64,000 nt of DNA. It comes from Camelus dromedarius. Taxonomy: Eukaryota. Within the stretch, counting starts at the first letter, position 1. Each line of letters starts with the position of its first letter. The notes below the pieces were generated by a model. The model saw only the letters and a list, made by a program, of their open reading frames with translations. It ran no database searches and was not told the origin of the DNA. This document shows positions 34,242-45,417 of this stretch, piece after piece. The stretch covers positions 120,282,001 to 120,346,000 of the forward strand of contig NC_087437.1 in the NCBI RefSeq assembly GCF_036321535.1, in the 5' to 3' direction. The translations under genes were made by a program, and so were the position numbers.

Positions 34242-34375
34242 CTCCGCCGCCCTCTGAGCGCCGAGGCTGGAACGCCGCTCGCCCCGCGGGCCCAGCCGCC
34301 CGCTCGGCCGCTCGCGCTGCCCGGCCCCCAGCTGCTCAGCCGCCCGCCGCCCGGGCCGCGCCGCATGTCAGTTCT
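34242..34375 (-). other. SIK1: SIK1 non-coding exon 1 (5'UTR); transcription start approximate
   Basis: Strong donor GGCGGCGGAG|GTGAGG at 34242; sequence resembles the human SIK1 5'UTR as I recall it; Inr-like CTCAGAAC near 34375 is only a guess for the start. Confidence 0.75.
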
Positions 34376-34524
34376 GAGCCCCGCGCCGCGCTCTCCTGCC
34401 GCACGCGCCGCCCGCCCCGCCCGCGGCCCCGCCCCGGCCCGCCCCCAGACACGCCTACACACGCGGCTCCGCCCACGGAGGCCCCGCCCACGCCGCCGCC
34501 GCCGCCGGATTGATACATCCCCAT

Positions 34525-34620
34525 TGACGTCGTTTTGACGCCAGAGCGACGCGCGGCCGAGTGCCAGGCGGAGAGAGAGCGGGAGATCGGGCCGTTGCCA
34601 AGAGACTGGCGGCTCTGACG
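34525..34620. promoter_or_regulatory. Proximal CRE variants and half-sites
   Basis: TGACGTCG at 34525-34532, TGACG at 34536-34540 and 34616-34620. Confidence 0.75.
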
Positions 34621-34661
34621 CGCGAGCTGATGAGGCCGTCGCCATGGCGACCGCGAGGCGG

Positions 34662-34669
34662 TGACGTCA
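34662..34669. promoter_or_regulatory. Full palindromic CRE (TGACGTCA)
   Basis: Exact CREB consensus ~300 bp upstream of exon 1; SIK1 is an established CREB/CRTC target. Confidence 0.9.
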
Positions 34670-37600
34670 GGGGCGCCGGCCGCCCGAGGCCCGCCCGCCG
34701 GCGCCCGCGTTCCCGCCGGCGCGCGCCCCCTACCGGACGCCGCGGGCGCTGCGGACGACTTAACCCTTGCGTCCCCGGGCACGGGCTTCCCTCCTGCAGG
34801 CGCGCATGGCTGCCTTGGCGCGTGTTCGCCTCTTCCCGCACCCTCCCAACAGGCTTGGTTGTAGCGCGGTTCCGAAACCCGCAGAAGTGCAGCGCAGCTG
34901 CGGCTGCGTTCTTTTTGGAGGGTCCCCATTATCAAGGTCCTGGTCTCATGCAGTTTCCGTCTGCCTTGGAGCCTCTTTTAGGGGAGTATCAGGTGGGGCT
35001 CCGGAGCCCTCATAGACTCGCAGAACAGGGCCATGCGGGGTGCAGGTGACAGCAAGCCAGCTCCCCCGTCCCAGAGAGGAGCCGCCAACCACCAGGGACC
35101 CTCCGAGAGTACGGCACTGCGCATGTCGAGGACCTGGGCAGACCACCTTTGATCACTCGTGCTCTGTACGAATCTCAGTTGTCTAGTAAGTTAGGTACGT
35201 AAACACAGGTAGCCTGGTCAGCACCTGTGTAACCTGCCCCCCGCCCCGCGTCAGAGGGGCGTGGGGGCTGCGCAGCTGCTGCGAGCCCCCACGGCTGGGC
35301 GGGCTGTTTCCTCTGCCCTCGCAGCCCTGCGTTGCCCCACCCAAGGTGGGCCGACAGAGCGGTCCGGCCCGCGCTGCCCATTCTCCATCAGGCCTGAAGG
35401 TCGGGAGCCAGCTGATGTCTGGAAGCAGTTCTGAGCCCTTTTTAAGGGAACCCACTTTAATGAAGGAACCCAGAAGGATGGAGAGAGGGAAAAAGGCCCA
35501 GTGGGCTGATTTCTGGAATGGCTGGAGGTCTAGGTGGAAATGACGTCCACTCACTGAGGTCCTCTGGGACGAGAGTTTTGGGAGACCCAGTTAACAACAC
35601 CTCAAGAAAGGTCCTTTGACTAGGGTCCGTTCAGATGCTCTCTATGCAGACAACGAAAGGGCTCTGTCCCTTGGAGGGGTGGTCGGCCCCTTCCCAGAGG
35701 GCCAACAGGCGGTATCAGCAGTGGGCGAGGACATCACCCCCTGGCGAGACTGGACCCTGCAGGTACGGTGGCCTGGGTAATTTGTCTGCCGCCTGGCTTT
35801 CCCCAGAGCTGCAGCACAGCAGTAGAGCGGGGACCTGTGTCCTTCAGGACCAAGGGCCTGCAGCCTGGTCTCCACTCGGCAGAAGGGGAGAGGATGAAGG
35901 GGGCAGCGAGGGGCAATTTCCCTCGGTATCTCTGCTGACCTCACAGGCCTTTACGCCTCACCAAAAAATAAAACATCTTCTAAGGGAAGGCTGAGGGTAT
36001 AACATATGGTGTTTCTTTAACATTAGGAAGGCAGCACTTTGGGATTTAGATTGTGTCCAGCCCACAATCATTTTTCCTTATGTTGAATTCAAATATCACT
36101 TTAAGCGAATTGGATAGAGCTGAGAACCCTTCCTGGGAGGCTTCCGTGCGTGGGCAGCTGTCTGGCGAGGGCACCGGGCTGGAACTCAGACGATCCGGTG
36201 TCAGATTGCAGGCCTGGCCCAACAGGCCCCGTCACCCCCTCCCTGGGCAGGTGTTGGTGGATTTAGCCTGTTTTGAGAGGCCTCTCGGGGGCACTAATGG
36301 CCTCAGGGTTTCCTTAGTCTTTCGAAAGCGCCCTCATGTTATGTCCCAGGCTCACCTGCAGAGAATTTGGGGGATGTTTTTACTTCCTTCCAGCTGAGTA
36401 GTTTGCAACCGCTTTCCTCCCCTTCTAGGGGTCCCAGCACCCCACTAATCTCTTCCTAGGAGAATGAAGAACCAGGGACTGGAATGCACTCGCCTGCTGT
36501 CCCTCATTTTGTGACTTAAACACTTTGCTCAGGCTTACCCAGGGGACATCCAGCACCCCAGCTCCTCCACCAGCCCCCTCAGCCCCTCCCCAGATCTAGC
36601 CCAAGTCTTTGGAAACGTCGTAGATGTTTGCAAACACCTGGGTGGCTGCTTGGAAACGTTTTGTCAGCACTGAATAAAAACTGCAGCCAAGAGCCAAAAC
36701 CGCCTTCCCAGAGAAGGGCCCTGGATCCAGGCTCACTTGACCCCGATCCCAGCCTTTCCTGGACATCCCACCATCTGAGCAGCCCTGCACGGGCTGTGAC
36801 CGTTCCCCAGCCCCTTGGGCGGGGACCCTGCCCTTCAGAAGATGCAGGCAGAGCAGAGGAAAAGGCTGTCATCTCCCGCCGTGGGGTTCCTCCCGGCACC
36901 CCCGTGAATGTGTCTCTGATGATCCTGTTTCTGAGCACCTTTGGTTGTTGTTTGTATCCTCAGCCCCTGAAGGCTGTGCTTCCTTCCAGAATCCTTGGTT
37001 TCTTTTCCAGTTTCTCATCTTCCATGCTTCGTTCATGTTACGAGGAAAAGAAAATACAAAGCATGTGCGTCTGCAGGCGCGAGCAGCCTGCTCGAGGAGC
37101 TCTCCAGCGAGCGCAGTGCAAGGCGCTCTCAAAGCCTGCAGGACTGGGGTGTTTCAGTGTATATATCCTTGCAGAGTCAGGGGAAACAGTAAGGCAGATG
37201 TCTTTTCCATTCGGAATTTCTTCAGCCTGTCTTCTCACTGCCATGTTTCTGGAATTCATCTCCCCGTTTCTAGATCTTCAGCCTGGAGACCAGCCACAGG
37301 AAGTGGTCTCTTCAGCACTCACAAGTTCCTGGCCAGGCACCCAAGGCCCTGAGCACAAGCACATCATAAAATCCTCAAAATACATGAATAAACACAGAGA
37401 ACAAGGCTTCGAGGCAGCAATTACACAAGGCAGGGTGTGCCCAGCCTGTCCTCAGTGTCCTAACCTGCTCCCCTCCATGACTAAAGATGGGGGGACAGCA
37501 GTGCCCTTCTCCAGATGGCTTTCGCCTGGCCACCGAGAGCAAGATGAGGCGCTTTCCTTTCTTGACATCCTCCTGCTTGGTCCGCAAGGCCCTCTGTGTC

Positions 37601-40600
37601 CTCCTGGCTTTGGTTCATTTGGTTTTGTGTGGTTTATTGGAGGCATCAGCCCGATCACTTCAGGTATCAGAAAGTAAGACCAGCCACCAGCTGCGTCCCA
37701 GGGACTCAGGGGCGGCCCTGGTCCCTTCTGCTGCCTGCTGTATTTGCAGAGTGTGACACGGACATGCTAATAGACATGTGTGCACTGCATCTGGAAGTTA
37801 TAGCCCCTGGCCTGGGGTCCAGAAAGTGGGAAAAAAAGCCCAGCTCTTCACAGGCCAACTCAGGAGCTCCTCCGACGGCACCGCCTCCCGCGCCACGGCT
37901 CCTGTGGGATGCATTTTCTCCATGACTCCGTTCCTCTGTCCAGACCCTCTGCAGGCTGGGAGAGAAGGGATCCCTGGTCCGGGGGGTGTTGAGCTGGGAG
38001 TGGGGGCCCCGGGGGGTCTGAAGAGCCAGCCTTGGGACGGTCAGGGCAGAGTTCCAAACACTGGGTTTCACACACACCAGGAGCTTCCTATTCGTGGACC
38101 AGCTGGCCCCGGAAGCCCAAGTTCTAGGCTGTCTCTCCCCACCTCTGTTCCAGTCACCAGTGAAGAAGCAGGTGTGGCTAAGGGGTGGCCGTGGCTGACA
38201 GTGCACCTGAGGACCCGACAGATCTGAGAGGGTCTGTCTCCCTGACCCGCATTCTGAAGACAGTTTTCTTAAGGAAGCTGGAGATGGGCCACGGGAGGGC
38301 GAGATGAGCGGCAGTGTCTCAGTGAGGATCCAGGTAGAGGCATCACGCTTACTAGGGGGCTCGCTGAGAAAAGCAATGTCAGAATTCCTGGCAGGGGTGG
38401 TCACGTGTCCTGACGGCACCCGCGGATTAAACCGCTGTCCTCAGGTGGCGGGAAACAGCATCAGGAAACCCAGGGTTTTCCACCGTTTTCCCAGAGGCAT
38501 AGGGCAGTCAGGGAGAAGAGCCCTGAGGCCTCCGCTCTGTGGGGGGAAGGCCCCGGGCGCTGTGGCCTTCGGGCTCCCAGGACGGCGGCCAGGAGCTCGG
38601 TGGGGCCGGAGCGTGGGCTTTCTCCCAGGGCCGCCCAGAGCTCCCCAGTTCCTTCTGGGAGACGTGAGACATGTGAGGGGTGTTCTCATCTGATGGCGTC
38701 CAGGGCGTCCACGGGCGTCGAGCATGGTGTCCTGTCCTCATGTTACCCTTCGCTCTTTCCAAAAACGTGTGCATTTCTACTCTTTGCAAGATCAAGGCAA
38801 TTCGTGAGCATGGGTGAGCATCATGACAGGCAGATGGGCCAGCAGGGACCGTGGGAAGGGAGGGGGCAGGTCAGAGAGAGGCGAGACTGCCTGGCCAGAG
38901 CCAAGGAAGTCACCCAGCAGTGTCCGCACAGGCTCGTGAAGCACCTACTGTGTGCACGCACTGTCTGGGGCTGTGAGCACAGCGGGAGGGGAACAGACAA
39001 GATGCCATCTTGCGAGGAAGTCACGCAGTTAAGCAGACAGGCCATAAAGACAGGGTGATGGCTGGTAAGATGCTTTCAGAAGGCAGCAACTGAGAGGAAG
39101 AAAATGAATCAGCGTGATGGACGGAGTGGCTTGGCAAGGAAAGCGGCCTTCCACGGGGGCTGCTCCCATTTCCGCCGGAGGGAAGGCAGAGGGTGTGCAC
39201 ACAGGGCCGGGGGCGGGGGGATGGGGGCGGGGGTGCTGGAGGGCCAGCCGAGGTAGGAGAAGAGGAGAAGGGAGAGCCAGACCAGCTCCGAGCGGACAGG
39301 CAAAGCAGTGGGAGCTCTGGGCACCAGCTAAGGTCCATTCACAAAGGCTTGCCCAAATGGTCGTGTGATTTTTCTCTGTGGTGCTTGGACGAGGACGGGT
39401 AAGTGGGTATCTGGGCCTAACCGGGGTTGGGGCATTGCCAGGCAAGGATGCTAATGGGGAAGGAGGTGAAGATGAGGGGGAAGGAGTTTGGGGTGATGCC
39501 TGGCAGTGGGCACAGTCTGAAGTGTGGCTTCCAGGCTGGGGAGGAGGGAGTGAGGACAGGAAGCAGAGCTGAGGGTCCGTGGTGAGAGGCCCCAGCGGCA
39601 ATGAAAGTTGAAGCGGTTTGCCCAGCCCAGACTTGGGGAGGAAGTAAAAGATCCCCTGTTCCAGGAGCAGGTTCTGGGGTGACCCAAGGGAGGGACGGGC
39701 AGTGACAGAAGGGCCAGACCCCAGCTCCCCCTGTGGCTTCTAGACAGATCCCAGTCAATTTCACGAGATGAGTGGGAGCCAGGTAAGTGCTCCCAAGCAG
39801 ACTGGTGCTTTCTTGTAAAGCGCTTTGTCTCTCCTGAATATAAAAATCAATAGAAAATATAAAAATACTTAAAGATGAAACCAAGCGGCACTGACAGTTT
39901 GACGCTTTCCTCCTAGTCTTATAAGTAGTGTTGAGACCTTTCAGTGTGTGACGTGCATTCATTCTGCCTTGGCCACACGCCCTGTAAAGGAAGCATCCTG
40001 CCAGGACATTAACCCGTCACCAGAATCCCGTCCCGGAATCCCGTGATGGAAGTGGCTGTGCATCCTCTGTTTAACCCCTCGTCGCCCTCCTCCCCGTGCT
40101 GACAGCCTGGCCCCTCTGACCAGCCTTTCCTCCCATGTCCTCTGGGAGACCTTGCCTGGGGATGATGTGGCCGTGAGAGGCACCCAGGGTCAAGGTGGGA
40201 TGCCCGGCCCAGCCTGCTCAGGATGGCACAGCCTCAGGGAGGAGGTGGACCCTGGAAGCCAAGAGTGGAATCTCAGAAACCCAGGGGCTCCCAGACAGCC
40301 TGGGGACCTGCAGGCTCAGGCCAGCTCAGCAGGGCTTGGGGGCCATGGAGGATGGGGAGTCCTCGTCCCCCCGTTGCCAAGGTGACACAGAAGCCTCTGA
40401 CTGCCTGGGAGGACCCTCGCTCGGCTCCCTCCGCGCTCAGCGTCCAGCTTTTCCGGTGCAGCTTGCAAAGGTGTTTCATTCTTTCTGACCTAGTTTCTGT
40501 GGGTTTTGGTATTGTTGTGTTGTTTGTTTAGAAAGAAAACACACCAGCCTACGTCACAAAGAGGCAGAGACGTCACTGGCACCAACTAATACAAGTGACC

Positions 40601-43129
40601 ATAAACTCACCCCCAGGCCGAGCGCCCGCCATGACACCTGACAGCCGCAGCGTGGCTACTGACAAGCCGAGGGCCCGCGGAGGATGTGGACACGGTGGGA
40701 CAAGGACCCATTAGCACACCTCTGTCAAGCCCAGATCCCCACGGCGGTTTCTGTTAAACCAGAGAGAACACAAGTCTGGTGGGAAAATCACACTTGCTGT
40801 GTATGACCCAGCTCGGTCCAAAACCACTGGAACAGGCGAGAGATTTAAGCTAGTCAGAACCTCTCAGGGTGCCCGGACCAGGAAGAAGGTCCAGCCAACC
40901 CAGCCCAGGGTCAGGAATCTCTGGGTCACCCCAAGGCCAGGAAGGAGGTTTCCAGAACCTTCTCTTCACCAATAAACCACAGACCAGAAATCAGCAGGCA
41001 CCACCAAAGTGGAACCACTGAAATCTCAGATCCCCAGACCAGCTATGTTTGCTTCTATTTCCTCAGAGCAGGTGCGCAGGTGCGTGAGGCGCCGTGCACC
41101 ACCTTCTGAGTCACTAGCCACCTGGGCACTGTCAGCCCACTTCAGCGCTGGTTCCCGCTAGACAAAGGATGGACTCCCAGGCTCTCTCAGGGAAGGGCCA
41201 CCCTCCGCCCATGCCTGCAAATAGATGCAAAATCCTGGGCTGACTTGGGAACACCAGTTGAAAGACCTCCTTGCCTCATGGCCCCGGGGCCCTCGGAGCA
41301 GACTCCAGGACTGGGGGCCATTCGGGGTCACAGCATCAGGGCAGCGGGCCAGCTGGGCTTCGTGGACTCTGACGCCCGCTGGCGCCCAGCTCCCGCTGTC
41401 CCCCTGCGCAGCCCAGGTGGCAGCAGCCCGCCAGGGCCTCGGTCTCTTTACCCATGGTGTGTAGTCCCTGCACCCTCAGCTGGCTGTGAGGAGTGCACCA
41501 GGGGGCTTTTGAGGAATCCCCCAGTGCCAAGAAGGCTCACACATAGAGATGCCATCGAGGGGCTGTCAGGGAGAGGAGGGCGAGGAAGAGACAAAGCGTG
41601 GGTCTGGGAGAGGTTATTCCAGAAGATTCAGCTGAGCAGGGCAGAGACACAGGGCTGTCACGCAGCTGGGCTGGGGGCAAGCGGAGCATGAACAAAAGTG
41701 TGCAAATTGAGGTATCTGGTTTGCCCCCTGAACTAAATTCAGCCTGACAATGCCTGCTCCCCGTCTCTCGCCCCAGGAGGGCCCTCCTCTGGGTCCTGAT
41801 GCTGGGCCTGTCATAGAGAATGCCACATGCTGTCCTGTGAGGCAGCTGTCTCTGCACAGGGGCTGGCTGTCACACGGCCCTCCTCCCCACTCAGTCCCCT
41901 CCAGCCTTCCCTGTGGCTACCCCAGGGCCTGTGCGGGGGTGCTGCTCCTCCTGGCACGAGCCAGCGTCTTCCCCGAGTGGTACCCAGGGATGGACCTCCA
42001 GCATCCTCCAGGCATGGGTGCAATTAAAACAAGTCCTTTCTGGGTCATATGATCTCCACCCTCTGCTCCTAAAGCCAGATAAAGGAAGGAGAGAATGGGA
42101 CAGTAAGGAGACATTCAGGCCCCAGAAACAGAAGTCCTCTTTTGGGGGTTCATACAGGCTGCAGAACAGAGGCTCCACAGCTCTCAAGACATCCGTCTCT
42201 CAGCCACTGGAGGGAGGTGCCAGCTGCCCCGTGGCCCATAGACTAAAGGGTGGGTGGCCAGACTGGGCCATTCAGACCAGCAGAGCTCACCTTGCAGGGA
42301 GGGGCCGTGCCGCGCCCCACCTGTCCAGCGCCAGTATGAGGATGCCTTCCGGGTCAGGGGCCAGCAGGGCCAAGGGTCAGGCTGGAGGTCGGGCTTTGGC
42401 TCAGGTTCACTTGCTCCTATTTAGACGACACCTGTAACTCGTGGTCACGTTCCTGTGCAGCAGCCGAACGGTACAGAGGCCCAAAGCCCTCCCTCCAGCC
42501 TCCCCTCCATCCCCAGATAGCATGCTCCTCTCGGAGGAGTGCCGGCTCAGACACGTTAGGGCGGACGGAGTGTGTGTGGTGTGTCTCTGTGCGGTGCGTG
42601 TGTCTGTGTGTCTGGGTGGGTGTGGGAGGTACGTGTGCTCACGCTGGGCTCCCTGTCCCCTGTGCTGCCCGGTGACCTGGGAGAGGCTGCCAACCCCGGC
42701 TTTTCTTCCGCCCCCATCCCAACCTGTGGGTGACCTAGACCAGGTCAGCAGGCTCTGCGTCTGGGGTTTCCCCTCTGCATAAATGTCTCCCGGACCAGGG
42801 AGACAAACATTCACAGATCAGGGAATAAGGAGGGGGAAGAAGAAACGCACCAGTGGGGGAGGAGCGGGGGCTGGTCCCCAGACCCCCCAAGGTCGCAGCG
42901 ATCAGAGCCCGGGGTGGCCAGGCACCTCAGGTTCTTACCTGGAAGCATCAGCTCGCTGGGGCTTTGCTACCGTATCTAAGCGGCTCTGTTTCTTGAAACG
43001 TGTGCGAGTTTCCTGACCTCTGTCGGGCGCTGTTATCTCACGTTGGGTTTCCAAAGAATGTTTTTTCTATATTAGTTTCAATCGAAGGTGCACACTGAGT
43101 AATTTGGAATTTGAAAACATTTTTTGGAT

Positions 43130-43720
43130 AAAATTGAATAGATGACTATTATAAGAAATACACATGAGAATAAGCCTAAAGGAAATAATAAACACTGAAG
43201 TTAAAGTCACCCATATTCCTACCATCCAGAAGTCACCACTATTAGTATTTTGGTGTATTTTCTTCTAGTTAGATGAATATATGTTGCAGATCTTTTAAAA
43301 ATAAGTTGGATGATACCCTACATGAGCAGTTTTAGATCCCATTCTTTCTATTTTTATGAAGAGAATTTCCTTGGCTCATGTATTATTTAAAGACGTATTT
43401 TAACGTGTAATATTCCTTTATATCTAATATTTATTTGAGATTTCCATTTATCTAACATTTCTCCTATTTTCAGACACATTGTTTTTACATATTATTATAA
43501 ACAACGTTCTTATGAGCCTCTTCTCCAAATCTGTTACTTCCTACACGAAATGTTTCCTCAGGATCAAGCCTTAAAAACGGAATGACCAAGTTAAATATGA
43601 CAGATCCTCTCAAAGGCTTGGGTACACGTTGTCCAGTCACTGGGACTCCCCTGACTTCGCACCTTCCCAACATGCAAGAATTTTTGTTTAAAAAGCAGTT
43701 TGCTCATTCCGAAGCGAAAC
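43130..43720 (-). mobile_element. L1ME-like fragment (resumes at ~44165-44260)
   Basis: AT-rich; aaagtcacccatattcctaccatccagaag..accactattagtattttggtgtatttt. Confidence 0.7.
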
Positions 43721-43724
43721 AGTA

Positions 43725-44164
43725 TCCGTATCAGTGTCCTAGCACCGCTGTGAGAACGTCTCACGATCTGCGTGGCTTCAGACAACAGGAAGTCCCTCGT
43801 CCACAGTTCTGGGGGCCAGAAGGCTGAGATCACGCTGCGGGCAGGGCCGGGCTCCCTCCTGAGGCTCCGGGGAGGGCCTGCCTGCCCCTCCCAGCTGCTG
43901 TCCATCCCTCAGCGCTTGTCAGCCCTGGGCCTGGAGACCCACCGCTCCCATCGGGCCTCCACCGTCATGTGACCACCTTTCCCCGGGACTCTCTTCCTAC
44001 AAGGACACCAATCACATTGCACCAGGGGCCCAGCTCCTCCAGCTGGCCTCACCTCAACTAATTACACCCGCGATGGCCTTGTTTCCAAATAAGGTCGCAG
44101 TCTTGGGTGCTGAGGATGAGACCTCGAGCATACCTCCTGAGGGGCGCACGATTCAACCCACAAC
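43725..44164 (-). mobile_element. MLT1 (C/D-like) LTR inserted in L1
   Basis: tggcttcagacaacaggaag..cacagttctgggggccagaaggctgagatca..aaggacaccaatcacattg..tttccaaataaggtc..attcaacccacaac. Confidence 0.85.
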
Positions 44165-44264
44165 TGTGCGCATTCACTTTAATGTCTCGTTCTTGAATGT
44201 CCTCACTCGGAATGATTCTGTTTTCGTGTTTACTGGCCATTCATATTTCTTCTATTTTCTGTCG

Positions 44265-44650
44265 GGGGTGTCTCGGCCCCGCTTCCGTTGGTTGTGAAGG
44301 ACAGAAGTGCAACTAACTCAAACTGCTTTAAGCTAAAAAAGACAGCCTGTGGTTGACACGGGGGAAGGGCTCGGGGCGCGCTGGGGCTCCGGCTGGGCTG
44401 GGTCCTGCTCCTGGAACGACATTTCTCTGTTCTCCTCCGTCTTCTCCCTGGCTCCTCAGCTCCGCCGCCCTCTGTGCCTTTGTTCTGATGAACCGCTAGC
44501 ATCTTACCAGTTTAACAGCCCCCAGGGAAAGCATGACTTTTCCCCCTAGTTCCAGCCAGGGACCCAAGGAGACCCTTCGCTAATCAGGTGGACATCACAC
44601 GTCCGACCTCTAGAAGTAAAAGTAGAGGTCAGGCCGTCAAGTCTCGTGGG
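44265..44650. mobile_element. Old MLT1 LTR fragment
   Basis: ttggttgtgaaggacagaagtgcaactaactcaaactgctttaagctaaaaaag. Confidence 0.55.
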
Positions 44651-44717
44651 CTCAGGGCATTGGGGGTTGGGGGTTGGGGACTGACCTGGCAGCTGTCACC
44701 AGATGGAGGAGACACAG

Positions 44718-45417
44718 TGTTGGGGAACACACGGCGGGCTGGTGACGTGGGCTCGTAACGTTTACCAGAAACCAAAAGAAATGTAAGAACAAAGGAAAGG
44801 TGTTAATAGCGCACCGCAGCAGGCAGCGGGGGCTGCAGAGACAAGAGGTGCCTGTGTGAGCCCCGGCTGCGAACGCGCAGGGTCTTTTGTTGAGGAAGGG
44901 GCTGTGCACACAATGGCGTGGGGGAGCAGAGCTCTGATGGGCTGTGAGGGAAGGGGCTTCGGCGTGTGGAGGGCAGTGGGACTTACGGCTCTGATGAAGA
45001 GGCGGCCTGAGCTGCAGTGAAGTTAGTCCTTTCCCACTTTCTGACACATATTTTTTTATGTTGATCTTGGTGGGTTTGTTCCCTGGAGGCCAGACGCTGC
45101 CTTTTGGGTTGTGTCGCTGCTGTGGCCCCTGCTCTGTGGAATCACTGTGCAATAATGTCACGTCAGAGGTTCTAGTCAGGCCGCATTCTCTGGGCAGAAG
45201 AGGAAAAGGCCGTGGCTGGTACTTCAGTAAGCGAATTGGCGTTGGAGAGCTTATCTTCGCTCGTACCAGCGTCACAGGCGAATGCTACAGCCAAGCGACT
45301 GTCGTGGCACCTAAGGAAAGAAGGACCGCGCCCAGAAGAGTGACTGCGGTTGTGCGATAAAACACAAAGGCTGCGAGGGCCGCGAGGGTGTGGGCTTCTA
45401 GCCCTCTTTCAGTCTCA
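44718..45417 (-). mobile_element. Probable solo ERV LTR (ERV1-like)
   Basis: TG...CA termini (minus TGAGACTGAAAG...TTCCCCAACA); flanks ACAG/AAAG resemble a 4-bp TSD; U5-like ttggtttctggtaaac. Confidence 0.55.
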
